Source: an uncultured Clostridia bacterium (GTDB taxonomy: Bacteria; Bacillota; Clostridia; Christensenellales; UBA1242). Taken from it: a DNA stretch of 64,000 bases. Made by a program: the position numbers and the translations under genes. Below, piece after piece: positions 24,910 through 35,290 of the stretch (positions are counted from its first letter, which is position 1; each line of letters begins with the position of its first letter). The DNA is taken from positions 44,178 to 108,177 of the forward strand of contig CALVMV010000004.1 of assembly GCA_944349375.1 (NCBI GenBank), read 5' to 3'. The notes beneath the pieces were generated by a model. That model searched no databases, had not been told where the DNA came from, and was given only the letters and a program-made list of their open reading frames with translations.

Positions 24910-25602
24910 TTAAACTTCATCTATTAAAACAAGTTTATGTTTTACCAAATCACAAGAAGTTAAAAAATATTCAATGCCGTTTTTAACATAAAAAAGCTCT
25001 GGATTCTTTTTTGCGTGTAGATGACCATATATAACTTTGCTTACATTATACTTTTCTAATAATTGACTAAATAAGCTATCTTTTTTGTAATACATAGGTG
25101 GATAATGCAACATACAATAAACTTTTTCATTGTTTTCTCTTAAACTTTGTGCTTTTTTTAAAGTCATTTCTAACCGTAAAACTTCTCGATCAAAAATCTT
25201 TTTATTTTCAACCGAAAAGTTTTCATCAGGCAGTATCCATCCTCTAGTTCCACAAAATATAGAATTTTCGATTTTTATAGCATCGTTTTGAATCGCAAAA
25301 AAATTTTTTGGTAAAATCTTTCTTACTGCAGAAATAGAACTCCACCAAAAATCATGATTTCCCCTGATAATAATCTTTTTCCCAGGCAAATCTTTTAGAA
25401 GATTAAAATCTTCTACAGCTTCTTCAAGTTTCATTGCCCAAGAAAAATCACCTGCCATCAGAACTACATCTTCATCGGACACTTTTTCTTTCCAGTCTGC
25501 GAAAACATTCTCTACATAATCATCCCAAGCAGGTCCAAAAATATCCATGGGCTTAGGATTGTTCACAGAAAGGTGCAAGTCGCTTATTGCAAAAATTTTC
25601 AT
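24910..25602 (-). CDS. Metallophosphoesterase
   Basis: MKIFAISDLHLS, GDFSW, GNHDFWW and GHLH motifs. Start set to the ATG at 25602, which overlaps the upstream stop (ATGA). Confidence 0.8.
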   Translation of the reverse strand: MKIFAISDLHLSVNNPKPMDIFGPAWDDYVENVFADWKEKVSDEDVVLMAGDFSWAMKLEEAVEDFNLLKDLPGKKIIIRGNHDFWWSSISAVRKILPKNFFAIQNDAIKIENSIFCGTRGWILPDENFSVENKKIFDREVLRLEMTLKKAQSLRENNEKVYCMLHYPPMYYKKDSLFSQLLEKYNVSKVIYGHLHAKKNPELFYVKNGIEYFLTSCDLVKHKLVLIDEV

Positions 25603-26024
25603 TGCATTCCTTTTAAAACTTCTTGAACCAATCTCATATCGCACTTTCCATTAAAATTTTGTTTAAAATGTTTCATGACTGCTGGCACGGATCTATCAGT
25701 TAAAGAATTAATTTCTTTTTCTATTTCTTCTTTACTCATCATTTTTGGCAAATAAGATTTTGCAATATCAATTTGTTTTTCAATTAATTCTGCTTCGCTG
25801 TTGTTTCCAACTTTAATATAATTTTCTTTTTCTTCACTTAATTCTTTTATAGTTTTTTGCAAAATGTTAGAAACATCGGCATCATCAACCTCTAAGCCTT
25901 TTTCCCTTTTTTTGATATTCTCAAGCATTATTTTATTTAAAAGAACACTATAAATACTTCTAGCTACAGCGTCTTTATCTTTCATTGCTTGAACATTTGC
26001 TTGTTTTATTTTTTCATATAACAT
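25599..26024 (-). CDS. GatB/YqeY domain protein
   Basis: The size (141 aa) and the pattern ...AMKDKD..., ...KELSEE..., ...SYLPKMMSKEEIEKEI... are typical of YqeY. Confidence 0.7.
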   Translation of the reverse strand: MLYEKIKQANVQAMKDKDAVARSIYSVLLNKIMLENIKKREKGLEVDDADVSNILQKTIKELSEEKENYIKVGNNSEAELIEKQIDIAKSYLPKMMSKEEIEKEINSLTDRSVPAVMKHFKQNFNGKCDMRLVQEVLKGMQ

Positions 26025-26163
26025 AATTCACCTCTACCTTATTATATAAAAAATTTTAAAGTTTTCAAAATAATAAATTGGTTAAAAATAACTTTTATTA
26101 ATTTTTTTATGTAAATTTAAATTTATTATCGCATTAATTTGAAAAAAATTTGTTTGAAATTTA

Positions 26164-26192
26164 TTGACTTTTAAATTGTTAATGATTATAAT
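26164..26192 (+). promoter_or_regulatory. Sigma-A type promoter for the tRNA gene
   Basis: TTGACT (26164-26169), 17-nt spacer, TATAAT (26187-26192). Confidence 0.55.
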
Positions 26193-26227
26193 AACATTCG
26201 TATCCTTATTTGGATATCCCTCTCTAT

Positions 26228-26304
26228 GGCAGCATAGCTCAGGTGGCTAGAGCGCAAGATTCATACTCTTGAGGTCACTGGTTCGATCCCAGTTGCTGCT
26301 ACCA
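26228..26304 (+). tRNA. tRNA with anticodon CAT (Met; an Ile2/lysidine identity cannot be excluded)
   Basis: Manual fold: acceptor GGCAGCA/TGCTGCT (G1-U72), D-arm GCTC-AGGTGGCTA-GAGC, anticodon arm CAAGA-TTCATAC-TCTTG, T-arm ACTGG-TTCGATC-CCAGT, and ACCA. Confidence 0.9.
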
Positions 26305-26407
26305 TAATGGCAAAGTTTTACTTTGTCTTTTTTTTATGATAAAAAACATCTTTTTATTTTCCTTGATATTAAATGGAAAATTTGATAATCTTTTATAAGG
26401 AGATTAT

Positions 26408-27289
26408 ATGAAGAAAAATAACATGAATGAAACAAATTTAGAAATTTTTAATTCAATAATTGAATCAAAAAAATTTTCTGCAATAGGTGAACATAATTCT
26501 ATTATAAAACAAATAAAATCTATTCAGACCAATTCTAAGTCTAATCCTGAAAAATTGTTTATTGCAGAAGGAATATGGGCACAGCAAAAAATTTTAGAAA
26601 CCAACACTAAAATTCAAAGTTTGATAATTTGCCCTGAATATATTTATACAGATGAAGCTGTTGTAATTATAGAAAAGTTAATGTGTTTAACAAACAATCT
26701 TTTTATTGTTTCATCAAAAACTTTTGATAAAATATCAGAAAGAGATAAGCCAGACGGTTTAATGTCTGTTGCTTATCTACCTAAATATGATATTTCCAAA
26801 TTTAATACTCCTGCCAAAAGTGTTATTTTGATTCTTGATGGGATAGAAATTCCAGGGAACATAGGCACAATGATAAGGATGTGTGATGGAGCATCTGTAG
26901 ATGCTGTGTTTATTTGTAATAGAAAAGCAAGACTAGCTAACCCAAAATTAATCAAAGGAAGCATGGGGGCTGTTCTAACTGTACCAATATTTGAGTTTAA
27001 CAGCGTTTCAGAATGCTATTCTTGGTTAAAAGAAAATAAATTTGATATTTATTTAGCTGACACTAGAGCCGAAAAAAATTACTTTGATACAGCATATAAA
27101 AACAAAACAGCTTTTGTTATGGGAAGCGAAAGATACGGAATTTCAAGAGAATGGTATAATTATGATTGCAAATTAATTTCAATACCAATGCTTGGCAAAT
27201 GCGACTCGCTAAATGTTGGAATTGCCGCAACAGTCCTTGTATATGATGCCACTATGAAAATAAAAATCAAAAATTCCTTTTGTAAATAA
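26408..27289 (+). CDS. SpoU/TrmH family RNA 2'-O-methyltransferase with an N-terminal extension
   Basis: LDGIEIPGNIGTMIRMCDG, FVMGSERYGIS and IPMLGKCDSLNVGIAATVLVYD are SpoU motifs 1-3. Confidence 0.75.
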   Translation: MKKNNMNETNLEIFNSIIESKKFSAIGEHNSIIKQIKSIQTNSKSNPEKLFIAEGIWAQQKILETNTKIQSLIICPEYIYTDEAVVIIEKLMCLTNNLFIVSSKTFDKISERDKPDGLMSVAYLPKYDISKFNTPAKSVILILDGIEIPGNIGTMIRMCDGASVDAVFICNRKARLANPKLIKGSMGAVLTVPIFEFNSVSECYSWLKENKFDIYLADTRAEKNYFDTAYKNKTAFVMGSERYGISREWYNYDCKLISIPMLGKCDSLNVGIAATVLVYDATMKIKIKNSFCK

Positions 27290-27313
27290 GTAAAAAATTT
27301 GTTTATAAAAGTT

Positions 27314-28021
27314 TTATTTGCAGAGCAACTTTTCTAACCTTTTGCATTTTTCTTCATCCATTTCTTCTACATCTTTTAATGGATAAGGCAAATTCAATTT
27401 TTCATATTTAATAACACCAATTGTTTTATAAGGCAAAAGTTCTATCTTTTCCACATTCTTTAACTTGTCTGCAAATTCTTTTAATTTTAATACATGTTCT
27501 TTGTCATCATTAAGACCAGGAACGATAACCTGCCTTAACCACAATTTGTTCCCATTTTTTTGAACTTGATTTAAAAACTCAAAAAAATATTTTATAGGTT
27601 GTCCTGTAAGTTTTAAATAATCTTCTTCATCTACAGCCTTTATATCTAAAATAACTAAGTCAACATATTTTAAAATTTCTTTATAATCACCAAACCCAAC
27701 ACCCGCAGTATCTATAGCCGTGTTGATGTTTTTTTCTTTGCAAATTTTTAAAGTTTCTAGTAAAAATTCAGGTTGCAATAAAGGTTCCCCGCCAGAAAAT
27801 GTTACACCACCGTCTTCGCCATAATAGTTTTTATATTTTTCTATCTTTAGAATAAGCTCCTGCGGGGTAAGTTTCTCGCAACATTTATTTTTATCCCAAG
27901 TTTCAGGATTGTGACAATATTTACACCTAAGTTTGCATCCTTGCAAAAACACAACGAACCTTATTCCTGGTCCATCTACTAACCCCATTGTTTCTATACT
28001 GTTTATATTGCCAAGAACCAT
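27314..28021 (-). CDS. pflA: Pyruvate formate-lyase activating enzyme
   Basis: GCKLRCKYCHNPETW radical SAM motif and GGVTFSGGEPLLQ. It lies downstream of pflB. Confidence 0.9.
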   Translation of the reverse strand: MVLGNINSIETMGLVDGPGIRFVVFLQGCKLRCKYCHNPETWDKNKCCEKLTPQELILKIEKYKNYYGEDGGVTFSGGEPLLQPEFLLETLKICKEKNINTAIDTAGVGFGDYKEILKYVDLVILDIKAVDEEDYLKLTGQPIKYFFEFLNQVQKNGNKLWLRQVIVPGLNDDKEHVLKLKEFADKLKNVEKIELLPYKTIGVIKYEKLNLPYPLKDVEEMDEEKCKRLEKLLCK

Positions 28022-28033
28022 ATCTTAAACCAT

Positions 28034-28690
28034 TTATCTTGCTTTTATAATATAATCTGCGCTTTTTAAACTTTTTTTATTTCTTTCACTTTCTATTCCC
28101 ACAACAAACATTCCCAAAGATTTTGCGCATTTTAGATATTTATCAACATCTTCAAATAAAACACATTGTTCAGGTTTCGTTCCAAGATTTTGGTAAATAT
28201 TAGAAAGAAATTCTTCTTTTTTTATTTTTAACTTAGGAACAGAAATAATTTCTTTAAAACTATCAATAATTTTCTTGTTCTCTAAGATGTCTTTTAAAAA
28301 TTCTTCTTCTTGATTTGAAACTATATAAAAGTCTGTGTTAATAAATTTTTCCTTCAGCTTGAAAAAATAGTTAAAAATTTTAACCTTTTTATCTTTTAAA
28401 AGTTGTCTTGATTTTTCAACCTTTAAATTAATCATTTCTTCTTTGTCAAAATTCACATCAAAGTCGGTTTTATACTTCTCAAAAATTATATCATCCGTAT
28501 TTCCAACATAATTGTTAAAGATCTTATATTTCATCTTATATTTTTTGTTTAAAATTTTGCTAAGTACAAACGAATGTGCTTTCATATGGTACTTCTCTGA
28601 GTTTAATAAGGTTCCATCAAAATCAAATAGAAATACCTTACGCTTGCTTAATTCGTTATAAAATTTTTTAGATAACATCTCTATTAACAA
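28034..28690 (-). CDS. HAD-superfamily hydrolase
   Basis: The [13 protein letters not shown] motif I is present. It sits between pflB and pflA and overlaps the pflB 3' end by 7 nt if the 28690 start is used. Confidence 0.65.
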   Translation of the reverse strand: MLIEMLSKKFYNELSKRKVFLFDFDGTLLNSEKYHMKAHSFVLSKILNKKYKMKYKIFNNYVGNTDDIIFEKYKTDFDVNFDKEEMINLKVEKSRQLLKDKKVKIFNYFFKLKEKFINTDFYIVSNQEEEFLKDILENKKIIDSFKEIISVPKLKIKKEEFLSNIYQNLGTKPEQCVLFEDVDKYLKCAKSLGMFVVGIESERNKKSLKSADYIIKAR

Positions 28691-30954
28691 CCTATTCTTT
28701 CATGGAATGTTCTTGCTATTACTTCTTCTTGGTGAGCTCTAGAAAGTTTATTAAAGTTCACTGCGTAACCAGAAACTCTTATTGTCAATGTTGGATATTT
28801 ATCAGGGTTGTTCATTGCATCTATTAACTTTTCCCTGTTCAATACATTAACATTTATGTGTTGTGCTCCCTGTTTAAAATATCCATCTAAAATACCTACA
28901 AGGTTTTTTATTCTGTCTTTTTCATTATTCCCTAAAGCATTTGGAATAATAGAGAAAGTATTTGATACTCCATCTTGACAACAATCACAGTAAGGTATTT
29001 TTGCAACAGAATTTAGAGAAGCCAAAGCTCCTGAATTATCACGACCGTGCATGGGATTTGCTCCTGGTGCAAAAGGACAACCAGCCTTTCTTCCATCTGG
29101 AGTATTTCCTGTTTTCTTTCCATACATAACATTTGAAGTTATTGTTAATGCCGATAAAGTATGTATTGCATTTCTGTAAAGTTTATTTTTCTTTAAACAA
29201 GAAATGAAATGTTTAACAATTTCAACTGCAATTTCATCTACTCTATCATCATCATTTCCATACTTAGGGAAATCCCCTTCTATTTTAAAATCTATTGCAA
29301 TTCCTTGTTCGTTTCTTATAGGAGTTACCTTTGCATATTTAATTGCTGACAAAGAATCTGTCGCAACAGAAAGACCTGCAACCCCAAAAGCCATTAATCT
29401 TTCAATGTGCGTATCATGGAGCGCCATTTGTCCAGCTTCATAAGCATATTTATCGTGCATATAGTGAATTATATTCATAGCATCAACATAAGTTTTTGCA
29501 ACCTTTTCAAGTATGTCGAAATACGATTTTTTTACTTTTTCAAATTTTAAAACTTTTTCTGTTAAAGGCTTTACTCCGTCAACAACTGTTTTTCCACTTT
29601 TTTCATCTTTTCCTTCATTGATTGAATAAAGCAAACTCTTCGCAAGGTTACATCTTGCACCAAAAAATTGCATTTGCTTTCCAACTTTCATAGCTGATAC
29701 GCAACAAGCGATAGCATAATCATGTCCATAAATTGGACGCATTACATCATCATTTTCATATTGAATACTATCTGTTAAAATTGAAATATTTGCACAATAT
29801 TTTTTAAAGTTAAGAGGTAGCTTGTTTGACCACAAAACAGTCAAGTTTGGTTCTGGCGATGGATCTAAATTTATTAAACAATGCAAAAATCTAAAGCTAT
29901 TTTTGGTAACCAAACTTCTCTTTTCATCAAGCATACCACCAATACTTTCTGTTACCCATGTAGGATCTCCAGCAAAAATTTCATCATATTCTGGAGTTCT
30001 TAAATGTCTAACAAGTCTTAACTTGATAGTAAATTGGTCAACAAGTTCTTGTGCTTTTTCTTCGGTCATTAAACCTTTTTTGAAATCTCTTTCAAGATAA
30101 ATATCTAAGAAAGTAGAAACTCTGCCTAAGCTCATTGCAGCACCATTGTTTTCTTTTACAGCAGCGAGATATCCGAAATATGTCCATTGGAATGCTTCTT
30201 GTGCATTTGTCGCTGGTTTAGAAATATCAAATCCATATTTCAAAGCCATATTTTTAATTTTATTAAGGGCTTTTATTTGCTCATTAACTTCTTCTCGTAA
30301 TCTAATTATTTCTTCATCTTTGATATTTAACATTTCTTTGCTTACAAGGTCTTTTTGTTTTTCTTCAATAAGTCTATCAATCCCGTATAAAGCAACTCTC
30401 CTATAATCTCCTATTATTCTTCCCCTGCCATAAGCATCTGGAAGACCTGTAATAAGCCCTGCGCTTCTTGCTTTTCTTATATCTGGTGTATAAGCATCAA
30501 ACACTCCATCATTATGAGTTTTTCTTATCCCTGTTGCAAAAACACTTTCTAGATTTTCATCAAACTTTCTTCCATAAGCTTTAAGTGATTGTTCAACCAT
30601 TCTTAATCCACCAAAAGGGTTGACAATTCTTTTAAGTGGGGCATCTGTTTGAAGACCTACTACAACTTCGTTCTTTTTATCTATGTATCCTGCATCAAAA
30701 TTATCAATTCCTGATACATGTTTAGTATCTACATCTAATAAACCTTTTTTGATTTCCTCCAGTAAAAGCTTTTCACATTTATTCCAAACTTTTGCAGTCT
30801 TTTTGCTTTTGCCTGCTAAAAAGGATTCATCACCTTTATATTCTTTATAATTGTTATCAATAAAGTCAGAAACATTAATTTCTTTTTTCCATAAATCTCC
30901 TTTAAAAGAGTCCCATTCTTTTGTTTCTTTTATCACTTTTTCAGTTGTTTTCAT
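28684..30954 (-). CDS. pflB: Formate C-acetyltransferase (pyruvate formate-lyase)
   Basis: 756 aa with the glycyl-radical motif TIRVSGYAV and active-site residues IACCVSAM. Confidence 0.95.
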   Translation of the reverse strand: MKTTEKVIKETKEWDSFKGDLWKKEINVSDFIDNNYKEYKGDESFLAGKSKKTAKVWNKCEKLLLEEIKKGLLDVDTKHVSGIDNFDAGYIDKKNEVVVGLQTDAPLKRIVNPFGGLRMVEQSLKAYGRKFDENLESVFATGIRKTHNDGVFDAYTPDIRKARSAGLITGLPDAYGRGRIIGDYRRVALYGIDRLIEEKQKDLVSKEMLNIKDEEIIRLREEVNEQIKALNKIKNMALKYGFDISKPATNAQEAFQWTYFGYLAAVKENNGAAMSLGRVSTFLDIYLERDFKKGLMTEEKAQELVDQFTIKLRLVRHLRTPEYDEIFAGDPTWVTESIGGMLDEKRSLVTKNSFRFLHCLINLDPSPEPNLTVLWSNKLPLNFKKYCANISILTDSIQYENDDVMRPIYGHDYAIACCVSAMKVGKQMQFFGARCNLAKSLLYSINEGKDEKSGKTVVDGVKPLTEKVLKFEKVKKSYFDILEKVAKTYVDAMNIIHYMHDKYAYEAGQMALHDTHIERLMAFGVAGLSVATDSLSAIKYAKVTPIRNEQGIAIDFKIEGDFPKYGNDDDRVDEIAVEIVKHFISCLKKNKLYRNAIHTLSALTITSNVMYGKKTGNTPDGRKAGCPFAPGANPMHGRDNSGALASLNSVAKIPYCDCCQDGVSNTFSIIPNALGNNEKDRIKNLVGILDGYFKQGAQHINVNVLNREKLIDAMNNPDKYPTLTIRVSGYAVNFNKLSRAHQEEVIARTFHERIGC

Positions 30955-31031
30955 AACTCCTCCAATACAAGAAAATTATACAATTCGCAATAGACAAAAG
31001 TCAAATGAAAACATATGTTATTTAATTGTTT

Positions 31032-31508
31032 TTATATTCTAATTCCTTCAATATGAAATCCCTGTGTTTTTAAAAACTTATAACTTGAAAAAGGTCTATC
31101 TAATGAATCATCTGAATGAGCACAAACGAAAATTTCTTTTCCTTCAATTTTAGAAATTATAAGAGAATGATTAAACCTGATTGGATTTTGTTGTAAAAAA
31201 ATTAAATCTCCAATCTCTAAACTTTCTAATTTTTCGATTCTTCCAAAAGGTCCAATTTCTTTATCTCTAAATAAAAAGTTTTGAAAGAAATTTACCGCCG
31301 TCCAACTTGGTGAACGATTATATGAATTTATATAAAACCAGCCATTATAAGAAAAGTTCATTTTAGCCCCACCTGCTAAAAGACATTGTGATACAAAATT
31401 TGTGCAATCGCCCCCTATTCCACCAAAATGATAAAAATTTGGATTTGAACTTAATGCCCATTTTTTTGCATATAAAACTGCTTCTTCTCTTTTATAATTT
31501 ATAACCAT
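31032..31508 (-). CDS. Putative amidase-domain protein (Amidase_6-like)
   Basis: YAKKWALSSNPNFYHFGGIGGDCTNFVSQCLLAGG matches the recalled pattern of the putative amidase domain. Confidence 0.6.
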   Translation of the reverse strand: MVINYKREEAVLYAKKWALSSNPNFYHFGGIGGDCTNFVSQCLLAGGAKMNFSYNGWFYINSYNRSPSWTAVNFFQNFLFRDKEIGPFGRIEKLESLEIGDLIFLQQNPIRFNHSLIISKIEGKEIFVCAHSDDSLDRPFSSYKFLKTQGFHIEGIRI

Positions 31509-31592
31509 ATAAATATATATTTTTTGCCTAATAACTTTGATATTGAAAATATTTTCTTTTTATGTTATAATTTGTTTAGAGGAGGGAAATAT

Positions 31593-31904
31593 ATGAAAGT
31601 TACTACAGCTATTGAAAAATCTAAAAAAGTGATAAATCAAATCTTGTTTAGTGCTCCAAATGGCTTTACTTTTGAATATTTGGTTCCTAAAATACAAAAA
31701 GTTTTTGAAAAAAGAAAAATTCGTTTGTCCAAAGAGAATATTGAAACTATTTTAAATGAAGTTTTAGATAATTTCTATTATGCTGGACTGCTACTTGGAA
31801 ATGAAAAAGATGGTTATTGGTTAAATTTACCTAACCACAACCCTAACAATAAAGAGTTTGAAAAGTTTATTAATCAAATATCTGATAAATCTAATCAATT
31901 ATGA
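31593..31904 (+). CDS. Hypothetical protein (103 aa)
   Basis: The ATG at 31593 follows GAGGAGGG. No family recognised. Confidence 0.45.
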   Translation: MKVTTAIEKSKKVINQILFSAPNGFTFEYLVPKIQKVFEKRKIRLSKENIETILNEVLDNFYYAGLLLGNEKDGYWLNLPNHNPNNKEFEKFINQISDKSNQL

Positions 31905-31953
31905 TGAATAAAAATAACTCCTTTTCTCAAAATAAGAAAAAGGAGTTTTTTTT

Positions 31954-32535
31954 ATGCACCGTATTTTTAGTTTTTTCTTCATATTACCTATATTGTTTTG
32001 TTTTCACTCTATTTCTATGGTAAATTTAGTTAGCGAGGCTGAAATGATAACTTTTTATAAAGAAGGAATTGAAATAGAACTTTCTAAAGAAGAAATAGAA
32101 ACAATTGATAATCTTTTTACCGAAACAATAAAAGATTCTATAAGTATGCCAGCTTATGGGGTAAGCATAGATAGTTTAACCAAAGAAGAAATGAAAAAAG
32201 GATTATGGATTGAGTTAACTTATCACAAAACATTTGAAATAAACGGAATGCCTTTTGATAGTTTGCTTTTTAAAGTTGAACAAAACTGCTACGGAATAAA
32301 TTTGATAAGAGGGCAACAAGGCATTTACGAAGGGAGATGTTTTTACTTAGATTTTGGAGAAAACACTTTTGATAAGTTGTATGACTACCTTATGTCAATA
32401 AATTTTGAAGAACAAGAAATAGAATTAGATAAAGAAGAAGAAAAAGAAATAGAAACAGTGGAAGAAAACATAGAAGAAGATAAAAAAGAAAAATTACTTA
32501 AAAGTCAAAAAACTATTTTAGAAAAACTAAATTAA
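31954..32535 (+). CDS. Hypothetical secreted protein with an acidic E/K-rich C-terminus
   Basis: N-terminal hydrophobic signal-like segment. The RBS is AAAGGAG. Confidence 0.45.
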   Translation: MHRIFSFFFILPILFCFHSISMVNLVSEAEMITFYKEGIEIELSKEEIETIDNLFTETIKDSISMPAYGVSIDSLTKEEMKKGLWIELTYHKTFEINGMPFDSLLFKVEQNCYGINLIRGQQGIYEGRCFYLDFGENTFDKLYDYLMSINFEEQEIELDKEEEKEIETVEENIEEDKKEKLLKSQKTILEKLN

Positions 32536-32598
32536 TTGTAAAAGAGAAGTCTTTTTTATTGAAAAAATAAAATAAATGTTATATAATAAAAAAGATTT

Positions 32599-34470
32599 AT
32601 GAAAGACTTTGATGCTATTGTAATTGGTGCTGGACATGCTGGCTGTGAAGCCGCTTTGGCTTTAGCACGAACTGGAAACAAAACATTGTTATTATCACTG
32701 AATTTAGATTCAGTGGCTTTTTTAGCATGCAATCCTTCAATTGGGGGAACTGCAAAAGGTCAATTAGTTTGTGAAATTGATGCTCTTGGTGGAGAAATGG
32801 GTATTAATACAGATAAAACATTAATACAACTGCGAATGTTAAATCAAGGCAAGGGCCCAGCAGTTCAAAGTTTAAGAGCTCAAGCCGACAAAATTGAATA
32901 TCACAACCAAATGAAAAAAACTCTTGAAAACACCGAAAACTTGTTTTTAAGACAAGGCGAAGCTGTTGAGATTATAGAAAACAATGATGGAACAAAAACT
33001 GTAAAACTTGCTGTTGGTAAAGATGTTAATGCTAAAGTAATTGTTTTTGCAACAGGAGTATATTTAAAGAGTAGAATCATAATTGGAGATTATACTAAAG
33101 AAGTTGGTCCTAACGGTTTTTCTAATGCAGAAAAATTATCTGACAGTTTAAAAAATCTTGGAATAAAATTATTGAGATTTAAAACAGGCACTCCTGCCAG
33201 GGTAAATGGAAGAAGTGTGGATTTTTCAAAACTTGAAGTTCAATGTGGAGAAGATAATATACAGAATTTTTCTTTTATGACAAAGTCGAAACCAAACAAT
33301 AAAGCTGTTTGTTATTTGACATATACAAACCAAAACACTCACGATATCATAAAAGAGAACTTAGATAAAGCTCCAGTATTTTCTGGACTTATTAAAGGGG
33401 TTGGTCCGAGATATTGTCCTTCTATTGAAACAAAAATTGTTAGATTTGCTGACAAAGAAAGACACCAACTTTTCTTAGAACCTGAAAGTCTTTCAACAAA
33501 TGAAATTTATATTCAAGGCTTTTCAACTTCTATGCCTGTTGATGTTCAAGAAAAAATGATACATTCGGTAAAAGGACTAGAAAACGCCGAAATAATGAGA
33601 GATAGTTATGCTATAGAATACGATTGTATTGAACCAACACAACTTTTGCCTACCCTTGAATTGAAAAATCATAAAGGGCTATTTTTTGCAGGTCAGATAA
33701 ATGGAACTTCTGGTTATGAAGAGGCGGCGGCACAAGGAATTATTGCTGGTATAAACGCAAGCCTATATTTGCAAAATAAAGAACAATTAGTTTTAAAAAG
33801 AAGTGATGGCTATATCGGAGTTTTAATTGATGATATTGTAACTAAAGGGACAAATGAGCCTTACAGAATGATGACTTCTAGAGCTGAATATAGATTGTTT
33901 TTAAGATCTGATAACGCAGATTTAAGACTAACTGAAATTGGAAGAAAAGTAGGTTTAGTTTCAGATGAAAGGTGGAAAATTTATAACGACAAAAAAGAAA
34001 AATTATCAGAAATTTTTAACCTTTTAAATACAAAATATAAATTATCAGAAATTAAAGATTTCTATATTGAAAATGGAGAAAATCCTCCTAAAGAAAGTGT
34101 TACTGTAAAAGATATGCTTAAAAGAAGCAATATTGATGCTTTTAAGATTAATAATCGTTTTAAAATTTTTGAAAATTTCGACTATGAAATAATCAATGAA
34201 ATGAACATAATGGTTAAATATGAAGGTTATTTAAAACAACAGGAAGAAGAGATAGAAAAATTTAAAAAGAACGAAAAGATTATAATACCTGAAAATTTTG
34301 ATTATAGAAAATATCATGGTTTAAGAATAGAAGCTGTTGAAAAACTAGAACAAATAAAACCTTTAAACATTGGACAGGCATCAAGAGTTTCTGGTGTATC
34401 CCCTGCTGACATTGCAGTATTAAGTGTTTTGGTAAAAAAATTTAGCAAAGAAAATATTGATAACAAATAA
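32599..34470 (+). CDS. mnmG: tRNA uridine 5-carboxymethylaminomethyl modification enzyme MnmG (GidA)
   Basis: FDAIVIGAGHAGCEAALALAR FAD motif. The 623-aa length and GidA-typical blocks (GPRYCPSIE, FFAGQINGTSGYEEAA) fit. Confidence 0.95.
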   Translation: MKDFDAIVIGAGHAGCEAALALARTGNKTLLLSLNLDSVAFLACNPSIGGTAKGQLVCEIDALGGEMGINTDKTLIQLRMLNQGKGPAVQSLRAQADKIEYHNQMKKTLENTENLFLRQGEAVEIIENNDGTKTVKLAVGKDVNAKVIVFATGVYLKSRIIIGDYTKEVGPNGFSNAEKLSDSLKNLGIKLLRFKTGTPARVNGRSVDFSKLEVQCGEDNIQNFSFMTKSKPNNKAVCYLTYTNQNTHDIIKENLDKAPVFSGLIKGVGPRYCPSIETKIVRFADKERHQLFLEPESLSTNEIYIQGFSTSMPVDVQEKMIHSVKGLENAEIMRDSYAIEYDCIEPTQLLPTLELKNHKGLFFAGQINGTSGYEEAAAQGIIAGINASLYLQNKEQLVLKRSDGYIGVLIDDIVTKGTNEPYRMMTSRAEYRLFLRSDNADLRLTEIGRKVGLVSDERWKIYNDKKEKLSEIFNLLNTKYKLSEIKDFYIENGENPPKESVTVKDMLKRSNIDAFKINNRFKIFENFDYEIINEMNIMVKYEGYLKQQEEEIEKFKKNEKIIIPENFDYRKYHGLRIEAVEKLEQIKPLNIGQASRVSGVSPADIAVLSVLVKKFSKENIDNK

Positions 34471-34519
34471 TTTTGGTTTACAAAAATTTTATGATATATA
34501 AAAGGTTTGAAAACACACT

Positions 34520-35230
34520 ATGATAAATAATGAAAATTTTATATCTGATATCTTTAATAAATACAATATTAACTTGTCAAAAGAACAAGTTGATAAGTTT
34601 TTGTTATATTATAATTTTTTAATTGAAGAAAATGAAAAATATAATCTAACAGCAATAACAGGTTTTGAAGATGTAGTTTTTAAACATTTTTTAGATAGTT
34701 GTTTGCCCTATCTTTATCTTAAAAAAGATTCAACTGTTATAGATGTTGGCTCTGGTGCTGGCTTTCCTGGTGTTCCTTTAAAAATTATAAGACCTGACTT
34801 GAAAATAACTTTATTGGACTCTTTAAATAAAAGGGTTAAATTTTTAAATCAATTAATTTTAAAATTAAATCTAAAAGATATAAAAGCAATTCATTTTAGA
34901 GTTGAAGATTTTGCTAAAACAAACAGAGAAAAATTTGATTATGCCCTTTCTAGAGCTGTCGCTCAAGTATCAACTTTAAGTGAATACCTTCTGCCTTTAG
35001 TAAAAGTTAAAGGTTTTGTTTTGATGTATAAATCTCAAAAACTTGAAGAAGAACTAGTTTCTGGTAAAAAAGCTATAAACATATTGGGTGGAAAAATTAA
35101 ATCTTGCAATGATTTTCAAATCAAAGAAATTGAATCAGATAGAAAAATCTTAGTTATAGAAAAAATAAAAAACTCACCTTTAATATATCCTAGAGGGAAA
35201 AATTTACCAAAAACTCAACCTTTACACTAA
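34520..35230 (+). CDS. rsmG: 16S rRNA (guanine527-N7)-methyltransferase RsmG (GidB)
   Basis: The DVGSGAGFPGVPLKI SAM motif is present. It lies downstream of mnmG. Confidence 0.9.
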   Translation: MINNENFISDIFNKYNINLSKEQVDKFLLYYNFLIEENEKYNLTAITGFEDVVFKHFLDSCLPYLYLKKDSTVIDVGSGAGFPGVPLKIIRPDLKITLLDSLNKRVKFLNQLILKLNLKDIKAIHFRVEDFAKTNREKFDYALSRAVAQVSTLSEYLLPLVKVKGFVLMYKSQKLEEELVSGKKAINILGGKIKSCNDFQIKEIESDRKILVIEKIKNSPLIYPRGKNLPKTQPLH

Positions 35231-35242
35231 AGTCAATATAGG

Positions 35243-35271
35243 TTGACAAAAATTAATAAAAATCTTATAAT
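35243..35271 (+). promoter_or_regulatory. Consensus sigma-A promoter upstream of dnaA
   Basis: TTGACA (35243-35248), 17-nt spacer, TATAAT (35266-35271). Confidence 0.6.
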
Positions 35272-35290
35272 CTTTTCAAAGGGGAAAAAT

